64,000 nucleotides of DNA from Antedon mediterranea. Taxonomy: Eukaryota > Animalia > Echinodermata. Below the pieces are notes generated by a model, which had not been told where the DNA came from, made no database searches, and saw nothing but the letters and a program-made list of their open reading frames with translations. Both the position numbers and the translations under genes were made by a program. Shown here in pieces: positions 38,401 through 51,023 of the stretch (positions are counted from its first letter, which is position 1; the number at the start of each line of letters is the position of its first letter). Location of the stretch: NCBI RefSeq assembly GCF_964355755.1, contig NC_092672.1, positions 5,084,001 to 5,148,000 of the forward strand, written 5' to 3'.

Positions 38401-40770
38401 TCTAATATTTTAGAAAATAGCGAAAGGACTGAGATCGGTCGGTAATTAGATAAAGTGTCCTTTTTTCCTGCTTTAAAGATGGGAGTAACTCTTGCCAATT
38501 TCAATTTATTTGGAAAAACTCCTTTTGTTAAAGACAGATTAAATATGTGACATAGAGGTTTAACCAAAAGGGAAATTGATTGTTTAATAACTTTTGGACT
38601 GAATTCATCAAGTCCTTGCGCTTTATTAGTTTTAAAACACTTGACAATATCTATAATTTCTGTATCAGACACTGGACACATAAATAAAGAGTTTAAAGTA
38701 GGTAAGGGCAAATACGTTTTAAAATCAGATTGATCGGTTGGCAATTTTTTTGAAAGAGTTGGTCCAATTTCGACAAAAAACTTATTGAATTCATTTGCGA
38801 TTTGAGACGGGTCTTCAATGGATTCACCATTATTGCCTGTTAGAACAACTTTCGTATTCAAATTCGGAGACCTTTTAATCAAGGAGTTAATTACGCGCCA
38901 AGTACCTTTAATATCATGTTGACATTGAGTAAATCTGTTTTGATAGTATTCGGTTTTAACACGTTTAATAAGTGAATTTAAGGTATTACGGAATTTAGTG
39001 TATTTTATTTTATTATGATTGGTAGGATTATTTAGGTATTTAGCATATAACTTGTGTTTATATTTAGTAGATTGCAACAGACCATTTGACATCCAAGGTT
39101 TCAATTTTGTGTTTTTTTTACTTTGCGTAGTCATTGGAAAATGTTTATTATATAAAAGTTTTAATTTAGTTTCAAAAGTATTATAAGCTTGATTAGGTTC
39201 TTGCAATAAGTTCACATCGTTCCATGTTATTACGCTAAGCTCTCGTTTAAATTGTTCGATGTTATTTTCATTAATTTTCCTAAAAGGTTTATTTGGAGGT
39301 CTACTGACTGCTTGAGTATTTTTTTATGTTAAGGTAGATATAGAAAAAACAGGTAGGTGATCGGAAATATCGCAATAGAGCTGACCACTAGCGAGGTGTA
39401 AATCAGGCTGGTTGGTTAATATGTTATCAATAAGAGTAGCACTATTTGATGTTATCCTAGTAGGTCTAAGTATTAGCGGTAAATAAAAGTTGCTAAAAAG
39501 AGTGTTTACAAAATTGTTAGTTGTGGTTTCATAAGTATATTGCAAAATATCTATATTGAAATCACCCAACAGATATACCAGCTTATTTTCAGTTGAAAGA
39601 GTATGAAGTAGGTTATCTAGGATATCATTGAATGCATTGATATTCAAAGACGGAGCACGATAGATTGTTCCCACGATGATATTTTTCCCATGTATCTGTT
39701 CTATTTCAATAAATATCGATTCACATATTGATTCATCTGTTGTTAAATCATTACGGACAGTAACTGATACATTGTTTCGTACGTACAGGGCTACGCCACC
39801 ACCCGCCTTAGATTTCCTATTTCTAGAAAAAATATTATAACCCGGCATATCTGTTAGGGGATTATTGTCATACTGTAGCCAAGATTCAGTAATAGCAATA
39901 ACATCAAAGTCAAATTCAAGTGTAAGAAGAAAACGTTTTAAAGAATCCATCTTGCCCAAGAGACTACGTGTATTAAAATGGATAGTAGACAAAATATTTT
40001 TATCATTGTTATGCTTAGAGAAATTCTCTGAGAATGTTTCTGGATCAAAATAATTAGATTCATTTAAACTAGCATAAAATTGAGAGTGTGGATCAACATT
40101 TTCATTAATATTCATGTTCTCGTATGCCACAAAAGGGTTAAATTTCACATCAGTTGTAGAGTTGGATTGGCACATTAATTATAGGTATCATAGATAATTT
40201 AAACATTAGGTAAAAGTTAACAATAATATAATAAAATAAAAAACTAAATATAATATAACAATAATTAAACATAAAACAATTCTGTTTAGTGCTGCCGTAT
40301 TACTAATACATAGGTAGCGTAAGCGTTGCACTCCCCGTGTATAAAACGGAGAATAATTCATTAGGTATGCAACCGGGTATGCAAAGGTATAATTTGCATA
40401 ATGGTACGTAGCGGACATGCTTGGAATTTAAACAAGCAAAGCCAGGTTAAATATACTGACATTACAAAATGAAAGAAGGCAGAGAAAAAGAAACCATTCT
40501 GTATTGATTGGTTCTTGATTTTTTCCTAGGCCTAGTTAGAAACCAGGCCATCATATAGGCGCTATATGATATGATTATGTACGGTCACATATGGCCTGGA
40601 AGTACACCGACTAGGCCTAGGCCTAGGCTACTTGACTTTTTTGCCTACAAACTACCATTCCTACGGACTAAAATTCGAACACATAATTGCATATAGAGTA
40701 GCCCTAAATAAAGCATTAAAGACCTTATTGGCGAGGCAGATCTGCCACGGCTTCTTCCTCCACGGGGCAT
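35495..40770 (-). CDS. CHCHD2: Mitochondrial twin CX9C protein CHCHD2/CHCHD10 (Mix17 family), ~152 aa; exons 40770-40724, 36358-36187, 36082-35851, 35502-35495
   Basis: MPRGGRSR..., [28 protein letters not shown] hydrophobic helix, and twin CX9C motifs [11 protein letters not shown] and [11 protein letters not shown]. Phases are consistent. Confidence 0.93.
36518..36685 (-). mobile_element. 3' fragment of a non-LTR retrotransposon (Rex1/Babar-like)
   Basis: The - strand encodes [16 protein letters not shown], resembling the ORF2 C-terminal RxxxSFIP motif, followed by a tail gaaatttcctttttgaggatcaataaaag. Confidence 0.5.
36809..40175 (-). mobile_element. CR1-group (Crack/L2-like) LINE with APE endonuclease + reverse transcriptase ORF (40175-37143) interrupted by two in-frame stops; in CHCHD2 intron 1
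   Basis: Endonuclease motifs [44 protein letters not shown]; RT motifs [43 protein letters not shown]; C-terminal [12 protein letters not shown] at 39324-39326 and TGA at 37497-37499 lie in one frame. 3' aataaa plus an (ATGAA)n tail at 36809-36848. Confidence 0.95.
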
Positions 40771-42002
40771 TTTACTTTTTAATAACTTTACTAGAAAATT
40801 CTTCGAATACGCACATTGATGATGAATGAATTGAATTTCTGATGAAATCAAACACTGCCACCAACGACGAACTACTAACAAACTTTTTTAACACCTAATT
40901 CAACAACTAATGCCTTGTCTATTGGTCTATTAAAAAGCAACTAGCTACAAAAAAATGTAAAACAAGTTAAACACACATTTATTATTGGAATAATCCATCG
41001 AAAGAAAGAATATGTACACATATGTAATAAAATCTTAGTTACAGAAAATAGATTCAACAGAAACTATGTTGATTTGAACAAACTAAACAAATCATAAAAA
41101 AAATATATAGTTTTTACTTCTTTACTAAAAAAAATAAGGAGAATATCCAAACATTACGTCAGTAAGATTATACATTTATATATGTAAACTGCGTAACTAA
41201 ATTAACAATTGGCCTAACAACACTTTTGGGCACATTTGTTCATCTTATCAATATTAGCAAATCCAAGACTTATCCCAATATTAAACTCTAATTGAAATTC
41301 CATAAACTGAATACAAAATAATAAATAATATTTATAATAATAAGACTATTAGGTTAACAAAATAAATAATTCTTTAAACTCTTTTTGTTAGTTCAGAATA
41401 CAACATTTGGTTATTATTTTTTTAAATATTTATTTGGTGTTATTTTAGAATAAAAATAATAGAATCTACTAGCAGCAAAAGTATTTTGCTATGTAAATAT
41501 TTAAATACAAGATTCAGAAGGTTTAGCACCAAATACCTTTTGGGTGCATGCATGCATGTATATAAACAAGCCAAGTTAATCTCTGTCTACACTATCAAAC
41601 TTTATGTGACAAAAAATGTGATTTGCCCATATATGGACATGATGATGTCATATCACTACCATATTTGGGCACATCACGCTTTTTTTGTCAAACTATTTTT
41701 ATAATATAGACAGATTAAAATAAAATTAATAAAATTTCATAAAAATTTACAGAATAAAATAATTACTGCACCAACCTTTACCTTAAAATTGTATCATAAT
41801 AAATCTTTATAATTTTTTTTTTTTAAAGAAATCACAATTGTAATATCAAATATACCATTTTGTTTAGAATTTCGTTTAAATAATATTATTGCACTGTCAA
41901 CAAAAATCATCATAATGATCACTAACTATTTATAAAATATTTTACATATCAATTTTTTGTTGGTATTTCTATTTCATCACATCATCTATTATAAATTGTT
42001 TA

Positions 42003-42278
42003 CCATATATCCTCTCCCTATAACACAAAATGGGCCGACTTTGGTAGGTGGGACTATACCCGGGGAAACCTTGATTTAGGAAAAAAAAATATTGGTAAGC
42101 ATTTCATCTGACTAAAGAGAGGCCTACATTCAAACCAAAATTCAATACTGGGACTATACCCGGAGATATGCCTGTTTGTGAAGTCAGACATAAAGTAGGG
42201 GGTGGGATCAGACATGTAGTGGGATCAGACATGTAGTGGGATCAGACATGTAGTGGGATAATACCCGAGGATATACGG
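42003..42278. mobile_element. TA-flanked MITE (CCGTATATCCTC-type TIR)
   Basis: ta-ccatatatcctc ... gaggatatacgg-ta, with internal (gtgggatcagacatgta)x3. Confidence 0.6.
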
Positions 42279-42480
42279 TAGTGCCATTGTATGTTTTTCA
42301 AAGATTTTAGGATGAAAATAGCACAACAGATTAAAATATGATTTAAACATGAATTATATTACATAAACATATTATTATTATTATTATTATTATTATATCT
42401 TGTTGATTAAAATCTTGGAGGAAATATATTCTTTACATGATACAACATTGAATGCTATTTAGAATGTTAAACATTATTTG

Positions 42481-43295
42481 CTGTATTTAATTGAATAAAC
42501 ACCATTGTTCAGGAGGGGTTTTAGAGGGTCGTTTATTTGAGGGAGGTGTTTAATTTTTGGGTGTAATATGGTAGCATGTATAATCAAATAAATTCTCCCT
42601 ATATATGAAATAATACAACACAATTAATATCAAGAAGTGAGAAGTGATAAAATAAAGTAAAGAAATACTTGGTCAATTGTAGATCATGGAAGTCAATACA
42701 TTCTAATACAAATAGAAATGTGTTATAATGCAAAAATCATAGTAATACAATATTACATGTGTATATGTATGTGGTGGGGCATTTATTTGAGGAATAAAGG
42801 CACCGGGGCATTTATTTGAGGAATAAAGCCACAGGGGCACCAGGGCATTTATTTGAGGAATAAAGGCACAGGGGCATTTATTTGAGGAATAAAGCCACAG
42901 GGGCACCGGGGCATTTATTTGAGGAATAAAGGCACAGGGGCATTTATTTGAGGAATAAAGCCACAGGGGCACCGGGGCATTTATTTGAGGAATAAAGGCA
43001 CAGGGGCATTTATTTGAGGAATAAAGGCACAGGGGCATTTATTTGAGGAATAAAGGCACAGGGGCATTTATTTGAGGAATAAAGGCACAGGGGCATTTAT
43101 TTGAGGAATAAAGGCACAGGGGCATTTATTTGAGGAATAAAGGCACAGGGGCATTTATTTGAGGAATAAAGGCACAGGGGCATTTATTTGAGGAATAAAG
43201 GCACCAGGGCATTTATTTGAGGGTGTTTATTCCAAACGATGTTCTATAGGAGAGGGGATTTATTCAAGGGAGGCGTTTATTCGAATAAATACGGT
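42481..43295. mobile_element. TA-flanked Tc1/pogo-like MITE containing a 29-bp minisatellite (42775-43221)
   Basis: Ends ctgtatttaattgaataaacacc / ggcgtttattcgaataaatacgg-ta. Repeat unit ggggcatttatttgaggaataaaggcaca. A related internal fragment lies at ~52890-53170. Confidence 0.7.
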
Positions 43296-43697
43296 ACTCA
43301 TATTCTATGGTTTTAAAACAGTAAGCTGAAAAATAAGGGATATTATAGTTATGAAATGAAAACAAACAAATCATTTACAAACAGTTGTCAAATACCCCAT
43401 TTTATATTAAACATTCTTGTTTCTAAAAAAACCTGACAAGTTGTTGTTTTCAGATTGGCTGTTGCAACTAAAGCATCACAATTATTCGCATTGATACCTC
43501 TGACAATATTAGCTGCAAAATTTTGAAAGAATAGTAGCAATGACTTTTTTATCTTCATTCACACAAACATACAAAACAGGACAAAGACAGCATTACCTAA
43601 ATATTCTATAACATATAACTTTACACACAAACACATTGTGAATACATTTTGAAGTATTAACAGCAATCTTTAATAATAAATCAGTTGTTAACAACTT

Positions 43698-44015
43698 TAT
43701 AATAATAATAATAATAATAACAATAATAATAATAATAATAATAATAGTAATAATAATCAAACATTTATAGCACCAATTCCAAAAAGACGCATTGTATCCC
43801 GAAATTTTCTAAATAAATGAGTTTTAAAATTAATTTTAAATGAGTCAAAAGTCGGTGAAAGTTTCATAAAAGGTAGAAGTTTGTTTCAAAGAGAGGAATC
43901 AACAAAAGAAAACGAGTGTCCTCCATAAGTCTTAGTCCAGAAACAGATAGCAATGATTTGTCAGATGAGCAAAGGCGACGAGATGGAACACATCGAGGAA
44001 CAAGTTGGGTGATAG
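43698..44015 (-). mobile_element. L2-like LINE 3' fragment with (ATT)n tail, downstream of the nuclear receptor stop
   Basis: The - strand gives LVPRCVPSRRLCSSDKSLLSV..KTYGGHSFS and *NKLLPFMKLSPTFDSFKINFKTHLF, typical of the L2 ORF2 C-terminus. Confidence 0.7.
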
Positions 44016-44134
44016 TTGTACTAAATAAACTGTCATGTTCCATTTTCCACAATGATTTGACGTGTCACAGGCAGCCAATCTTACTATAAATTTATTCTAG
44101 ATACACACAGCGAAAAACATAACAAAATGTGTCA

Positions 44135-47100
44135 TCAACAATCATAGTCTAGAATTTCATCCATCAATTCCGGTATATCAATGCTAGCCCATTCCAAGCG
44201 GAACTGTCTGGTGCTTCGATTGAACAAGGCGGACAGGGTCCTCAAGTTAGTTACTTGCATTAGAACCTTTGCAAGGAGCTGTCGATTTTTCCAGTCACGT
44301 CTGGTCACCTCTCGCATCAAGCATTCAAGATACCTTGCCTGTAGCGCTTCAATCTTTTCGACGTCACTTAAACCATTTCGATCTGAAATAATGTTAATAT
44401 ATCAAAATATATTGTATAAGATAAGTGATGTAGTAATTGTTGATAATATTATGTCTATAACAGATGTTTAAGCGGTTTTCATTCATTCATTCACACATTT
44501 ATTCAGTTATTTATTTGACAATAATAACTGGGGTCCACACTAGAAGCAATAGCTTGTCTCATGAGGGCCCTTACAATAGAAATATGCAAAATACATAAAA
44601 AGAAATACTGTATAAAACAGTAAAAAATAAAATATGTCAAAAAAAGAAAGAGATAAAATATTGAGCATAAAAAAAGTAAGTTGTTTAAATGGCTAATAGG
44701 TAACGTTTTACAGATTTGTTGAAAGTAATTAAACATACAGAAAGTTTTATTTTGACAGGGAGATCGTTCCATAGTTAAGGTCTAGCTATTGAAACAAAAA
44801 ATTGATTTCTAGTTAATCTTGTAAAAGGAACATATAAAATTAGCATGTCCCCATAAGGGCTTCTGGGTATTCATAACAAACCTGGACTGAGTAAGACGAT
44901 AGCCATCAGCAGTGCCACTTCATTCTTGACTAGTTTTAAGTTGTTAAAGGAGGACACAAAGATGTTCACATGATCCCACAAACCATCAGAGTACCCAAGA
45001 TAAGAAAGCTGTGAAAGGGAGAACATCTGCTGACATCCAAAAGAAATACTTCTATCTTCAATATAGATATAACCACTTGCACGCATCATCCAGATCTCAA
45101 AGAAACTTCCTTTTAACAGGGTCATCTGGTCTTCCTAAAAGAAGAAATAAATGTTCACAGTCAAGAGAACATTTTTTTTTTTTTATTCTTCCAATACCCT
45201 TTACACACTGCATAATGTATTCTAGTCCTACTTTTTGCAGATGTGAAAAGGATATAAGGGATCATGGCAGTATAAGGGATCATGGCCATAAGGTGAAGGA
45301 AAAATTAAAAGTAATTCCAAAAGTAGTTGTTTCAGTATTAAAGAAAACATGAAGATAGTCGCCTGGAAAACTTCCGGAGATTGTTTCTCACTCATTGTTT
45401 AATTTATTCTGAAAACATTAATAATTTATTTATTTATTAATTAAATCAGAGCCTAAACAGATGTTACTGTATCCCACAGTCAGTGCCATTGTAATAATTT
45501 CCTGCTACCATTCAAGTAAATTCAAGTAAATTTCAAAACCATTTTTCAAATCTTATAAAACCATATTAAAACTACTGATCTTGTCATTTTCAACATTTAT
45601 TCCACAAATATTACAATCAACCTATGTAAAGCCACAGGCCTACATAATTAGCTTGACTACATATGATAATACTATAATCTCATTAGAAAATAATATGAAG
45701 TGTAGATTATTTTTTGTATTATTTTACAAATCGCAATGATAAATGGATCTACCTCTGTCAACAAATAAGTCTCCTCCCACCCTTTTAGGTCTCTGACCTT
45801 AAAAGAATTTAAAAGAAAATTGTCTGGTGGAGGGTGACTACAGTTGAATAGTGAATACCTTTGGTTACTATCTTGTTTTATTACTTTGATCATAATGTTT
45901 GCGGAATAAGCATCAAAATTCTTATGGTCTGTGGTTTACTTGGTTTGATAAAAATAGAAATGTACAAAAAGTTTTACTTACATCATAAAAAATAGTAAAG
46001 TAGCAGGTTAAAAGTTCAGCATTCACGTCAATTGTTTCTTCCTTATCTTAATTCATCAAAACTTACCCAAGATCAGCTCTTCCCAACTTAGATAGATATT
46101 CTATTTTCTAACTACACACATATTCTTTACTTCTATAGTTAAGTTTCACAAGATTTGAAAAAATCTAGCAATAAATGCCACTAATAAAATCCTAATTACA
46201 CTAGATGTTAAAAGTAAATTTTGAATAAAGTTTTATTTCCATTTTTTTAATTAGATTTATTTGCCATAATTTATTAAACCTTATTTTACAAAAAGATGAA
46301 ACAATATGATATATTTCAGCTTAGTATATTTATTTTATTTATGTTCTTCCATAATCTTCTTACTAACTAAATTATTTATGTCAAATATACTATATGGTAG
46401 AATATTAATATATAGAATAATGACCTAGTCATTTTATAGCATTAGCATTAGACTTGCACCTTGAAATACCAAAATAGTACCTTAATTAGGTATAAATACT
46501 TACTTGGGAAAGAGATGTAAAACCTGGTAGACTTTTGCTAAATTGTACAATATTGATGACGGAGGGTGTTAAAACATCAGTTAGGAAAGTTTTCACAGAA
46601 TGGATCTGGCAGTAAAGGTGATGAAGTTGTAAAGAATCTTTATCGGCATTTGCGAAGAATGCAAAATCCATCTCAAAACTGCTAATTGTCAGATCATAAG
46701 TTGATTTTTTCCATTTGTTCTGAACAAGAAGATGTTAATAATATGCAGAAACAAATAAATAAATGGAATAAACAAATTAGAAACATAAGATATGGCAATT
46801 TTTTTTATATAAAAAACCTTTCCAACCAGAGGCACTCATCAATTAAAAATCAAAATTGTAACTTGTAAGACCATTAACTAATCACAAACAATGATTTTTA
46901 ATTGGAGAGAGACACGCTTGACTGCTTTTTAATGATTTGATGCAAACAAAAAATAGAAAGACCAGAAATGTTTGGAAATCCTGTTCATTCATACTTTTCA
47001 TCCACATTAAATCATCAAAAATTGTCAAAGTCGGATTGTAAAAATTTTGGAGTTTTCACACGTGCATGCAATAAAAGAACTGATGCTGTTTGTTGGGTTT

Positions 47101-50100
47101 TCTTCAATTAACTCTATAGTGTCCATCATGGAAAACTTCCTTGGCTTCCTTTATGTTTCAGTGTTCATTGTTCTTTTCCAAAACACGCAAAAAACGACTT
47201 CATTGAAATTTTGATTCATCTATTGTATTCATTCATGATTTTCACAAAAAAAAAATGAACATCATGCAAAAGAAAAATGTTTTAACGATGTGGCATCATC
47301 TCCATTATCATCGATGTCACTAGCATCAAAATCACACACTTCACAGCTGTCACAAGAAATCTCAAAATCAGCAACCTCAATACCTTTCATCACACCAGCA
47401 TAAAAATTAATACCAATGTGATTATCCATTTCACCATCACTACCAGCAACCTCACCACAATCATCAATTGCCAAACATACCAACATCAAGATAATCAACT
47501 TTGCCATGCCACCATCGCCAGCATTAAATTCACCACCACCATCAAGATAATCAACTTTGCCACCATCACCAGCATCAAATTCACCAATACCATCAAGATT
47601 GTCAACTTCACCATCATTACCAACACCAAATTTACCAATACCATCAAGATTGTCAACTTTACCATCATCACCAGCATCAAATTCACTAATACTATCATGA
47701 TGGTCAACTTTACCATCATCACCAGCATCAAATTCACCAATACCATAAAGACTGTCAACTTTACCATCATCACCAGCATCAAATTCACTAATACTATCAA
47801 GATTGTCAACTTTACCATCATCACCAACACCATATCATCAAGATTGTAAACTTTTACCATCATTACCAACATCAAATTCACCAATACTATCAAGATTGTC
47901 AACTTTACCATCATCACCAACACCAAATTCACTAATACCATAAAGAGTGTCAACTTTACCATCATCACCAACATCAAATTCACTAATACTATCAAGATTG
48001 TCAACTTTACCATCATCCAACACCAAATTTACAAATACCATCAAGATTGTCAACTTTACCAGCATCAAATTCACTAATACTATCAAGATTGTCAACTTCA
48101 CCATCATTACCAGCATCAAATTCACCAATACTATCAAGATTGTCAACTTTACCATCATCACCAACACCAAATTTACCAATACCATCAAGATTGTCAACTT
48201 TACCATCATCACCAGCATCAAATTCACTAATACTATCAAGATTGTCAACTTTACCATCATCACCAGCATCAAATTCACCAATACCATAAAGATTGTCAAC
48301 TTTACCATCATCACCAGCACCAAATTTACAAATACCATCAAGATTGTAAACTTTTACCATCATCACCAGCACCAAATTCACCAATACTATCAAGATTGTC
48401 AACTTTACCATCGTCATCAGCATCAAATTCACAAATACCATAAAGATTGTCAACTTCACCATCATCACCAGCACCAAATTTACCAATAGCATCAAGATTT
48501 TTAATTCACCATCATCACCAAAACTTTCAACCTATCAAATTACCAGCATCACCATAATCACCAGCTTGCATCAACCCATCATCAATATCACAAGAATACA
48601 AATATTTTAAATAATTCAAAACCGTGCAATAAAACAAAGGAAAAACAAATCAAACAACCAGTAAACATTGCATGCAGGACAACTTGAATTTTGATTTCCT
48701 GCGCAAACATAAACCATCAGTAGTTAAGGGTACTACATTGCACACAGCAACAGCAGTTCCTCAGTCAATGCTACTAGGTTTAATGACTGGCACTGCAGGC
48801 AATATAACCTGGTAGTGTTGCAATAATTTCATTGATTATCGTCTTACCGATTCTCTTCAATCTCACCGTTAACGATTCCATGCTTTTCGACACCAATCCT
48901 CGCTTCTTCCTTTTTTTCGAAATGTATTTTCTTCTTATTCGTGTTCCTGCTATTTGTAACTGTTTCTTCGTGTTAGTAATAGGTAGTGAATGATAGAAAC
49001 GATTCTCTAACATACAGTAAAAATATACTAGTTCTTCAACGCCAATTAATCTGTGTTCTTTCACACTATTTATAAGTGGTTGATCAATGTCTGTGTACTG
49101 TACATGTTATGCCAGCCAGACATACTGTTTTAAATCTTTACTTTTTTTTGTTGCTGAACACATCACACATGAATATACATATATGTTTAAACACTGTATC
49201 AATCTATACATACCATATTTACAAACAAAAACAATTCTTGAAATTAAATCAATGATTAATCAAAGGAAAGCGGATGGAATACCTGCACCTACTTAACCTA
49301 CCAACAACCCTAAATTTGAAAAATGGCATAATTATTGTAATACCAATGTATAGTAGTTCGACCTTCAACGCAAATTGATTTTTCTATATTATTCTTTATT
49401 TTGTTATTATTTGTTCAGTATAGACTGTGAGGAATTCAAAATTGAATTATGCAAATAATTATACTCCACTACAATATCTCTATCTCTCCTATTTTAGTGT
49501 AATTTTCCATTGTATTGTTTGCTGTATATAGAATGTTTATTATGAAATAAAGTGATCAATAGTCCAATTAAATTTGGTAGTACTGTATGTAGATTAAAAT
49601 AAATACTATTTACTATTAAGGAATATACGACTTACTTGAGTAAAGACATCCTTTTTGAAACATGTTTTATCATAGGCTGCAACTACTATTTGAATGAGTT
49701 CAAACTGCTCTTTATCTTTCTGGTTTCTCTGTTCTATCTTGGCTGGTGTGCTTAAACTCTCCATCTCTTCTAAGTTTTTCTGTTTCTGCTTTTTGGAGTA
49801 TCTTCCAACTCTAACAACTAAAAGAACATAATTTGTATGTTAAATTTCATCATATAATGATTTCAGATTAAAACAATTACGTGTATTCATCAAATCATAA
49901 ATAAATAAAAAAAATGATATGTACCAGTGTTTAAAAAAAATATTGAAATGGGGTCTCAGGAAATCAAGGAGGTTTGTTTAAAAGAAACCCTAGATTACTT
50001 CAAATAAATAATTAAAATTGGTAGTTTGTAGTACCATTACTATCTAAATCATTAGAAAAAATAATAAAACGTTTATGGCATATAGTTACGTATTCCATTA

Positions 50101-50886
50101 TCAGTATGGTATACTCACAATGAATGGACATTCCAACTGCTTGACATTTCTGGTAACGACAATATGCACATCGCCCTCTTGTGGTCTTTTCAATAGTACA
50201 AAAGCCATCTTTTTGGCATTTTATGATCAACGTTTTGTTAGCGATGCATCGCCTAAAAAAGCCCTATAAGAAAATAGGATTGATTATTAAATACTGTAGT
50301 ATGTTCATAAAACGCTCAGACTTCAGTGTAAATTCTGTACAAATTTCGTGATATTAATACAAGTTTTTATTTTTAAATTATTTTTCACACCAGTGTAGGC
50401 GTCTATTAAACAAGAACAACCAAATGCTATATATTTTGTCAATTGAATTGATACCCAAGTACAAGTATACATGTATATTTGACATTTTTGTATTTAAATT
50501 TGAATAGATAATATATCACTTGTAATTTTAGCCGATTCTCGGTACTGTACCTTTTTCTCAAGTATCATAGAAATACTTGGTAATACAACATCACATGTGT
50601 TTCACATTCAAATGTATCTAGTAGTAACCTAACCCTTAAACTAACCTTACATGATACAGGTATCACATGTGATATAAATGAGTGTAGTATGTAAAGATAC
50701 AGCACTGGGATTCCTGTGTTAATTGTACGGATTTGAATTCTACAGGGGAGAACACCGTGTACTTACTTTACATCCTTCACATGAAGCTATCCCATAGTGT
50801 ATCCCTGAAGCACTGTCCCCGCAAACTCGGCATGAAGTGAGCGACGCTTTTGGTTGCATTTTATATTTTTTCGAAGGATGAAGCAT
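44135..50886 (-). CDS. Nuclear hormone receptor, NR1-like, ~387 aa; exons 50886-50767, 50263-50119, 49817-49636, 46719-46504, 45134-44882, 44382-44135
   Basis: C4 zinc fingers [27 protein letters not shown]...CQKDGFC...[13 protein letters not shown]-terminal extension VRVGRY, LBD signature [39 protein letters not shown], and AF-2 PELMDEIL. Confidence 0.92.
44477..44870 (-). mobile_element. Crack/L2-like LINE 3' fragment in the last nuclear-receptor intron
   Basis: The - strand reads [30 protein letters not shown]. It has an (ATGA)n tail, and its UTR motif aagcaatagcttgt resembles aagcaaaagcttgt in the large LINE. Confidence 0.7.
47470..48520. repeat. 51-bp minisatellite (~20 units)
   Basis: Unit approximately catcaagattgtcaactttaccatcatcaccagcatcaaattcactaatac; it produces the 17-aa periodic ORFs in several frames. 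Confidence 0.92.
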
Positions 50887-51023
50887 ATCAAGATTTAGTT
50901 ACAAATGAATTCAATGCAGGCTTCACGTATCAATGCGACCTCATGCTCTATAAACAGTTTGAACTACTTCCAAATCTCTCAAGTCTACCAAATGTGTACT
51001 GTACTGTACTGTAAATCAAAAAC

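Noticed and set aside
42703-43038. 111-aa Cys/Pro periodic ORF
   Set aside because: Translation of the 29-bp minisatellite.
47418-48495. ORFs of 143-180 aa in several frames (MMVKLTIL.., IKIVNFT.., DDGKVDNL..)
   Set aside because: By-products of the 51-bp repeat. Frames switch at indels and no splice sites link them to the nuclear receptor, whose exons 49636 and 46719 join in phase.
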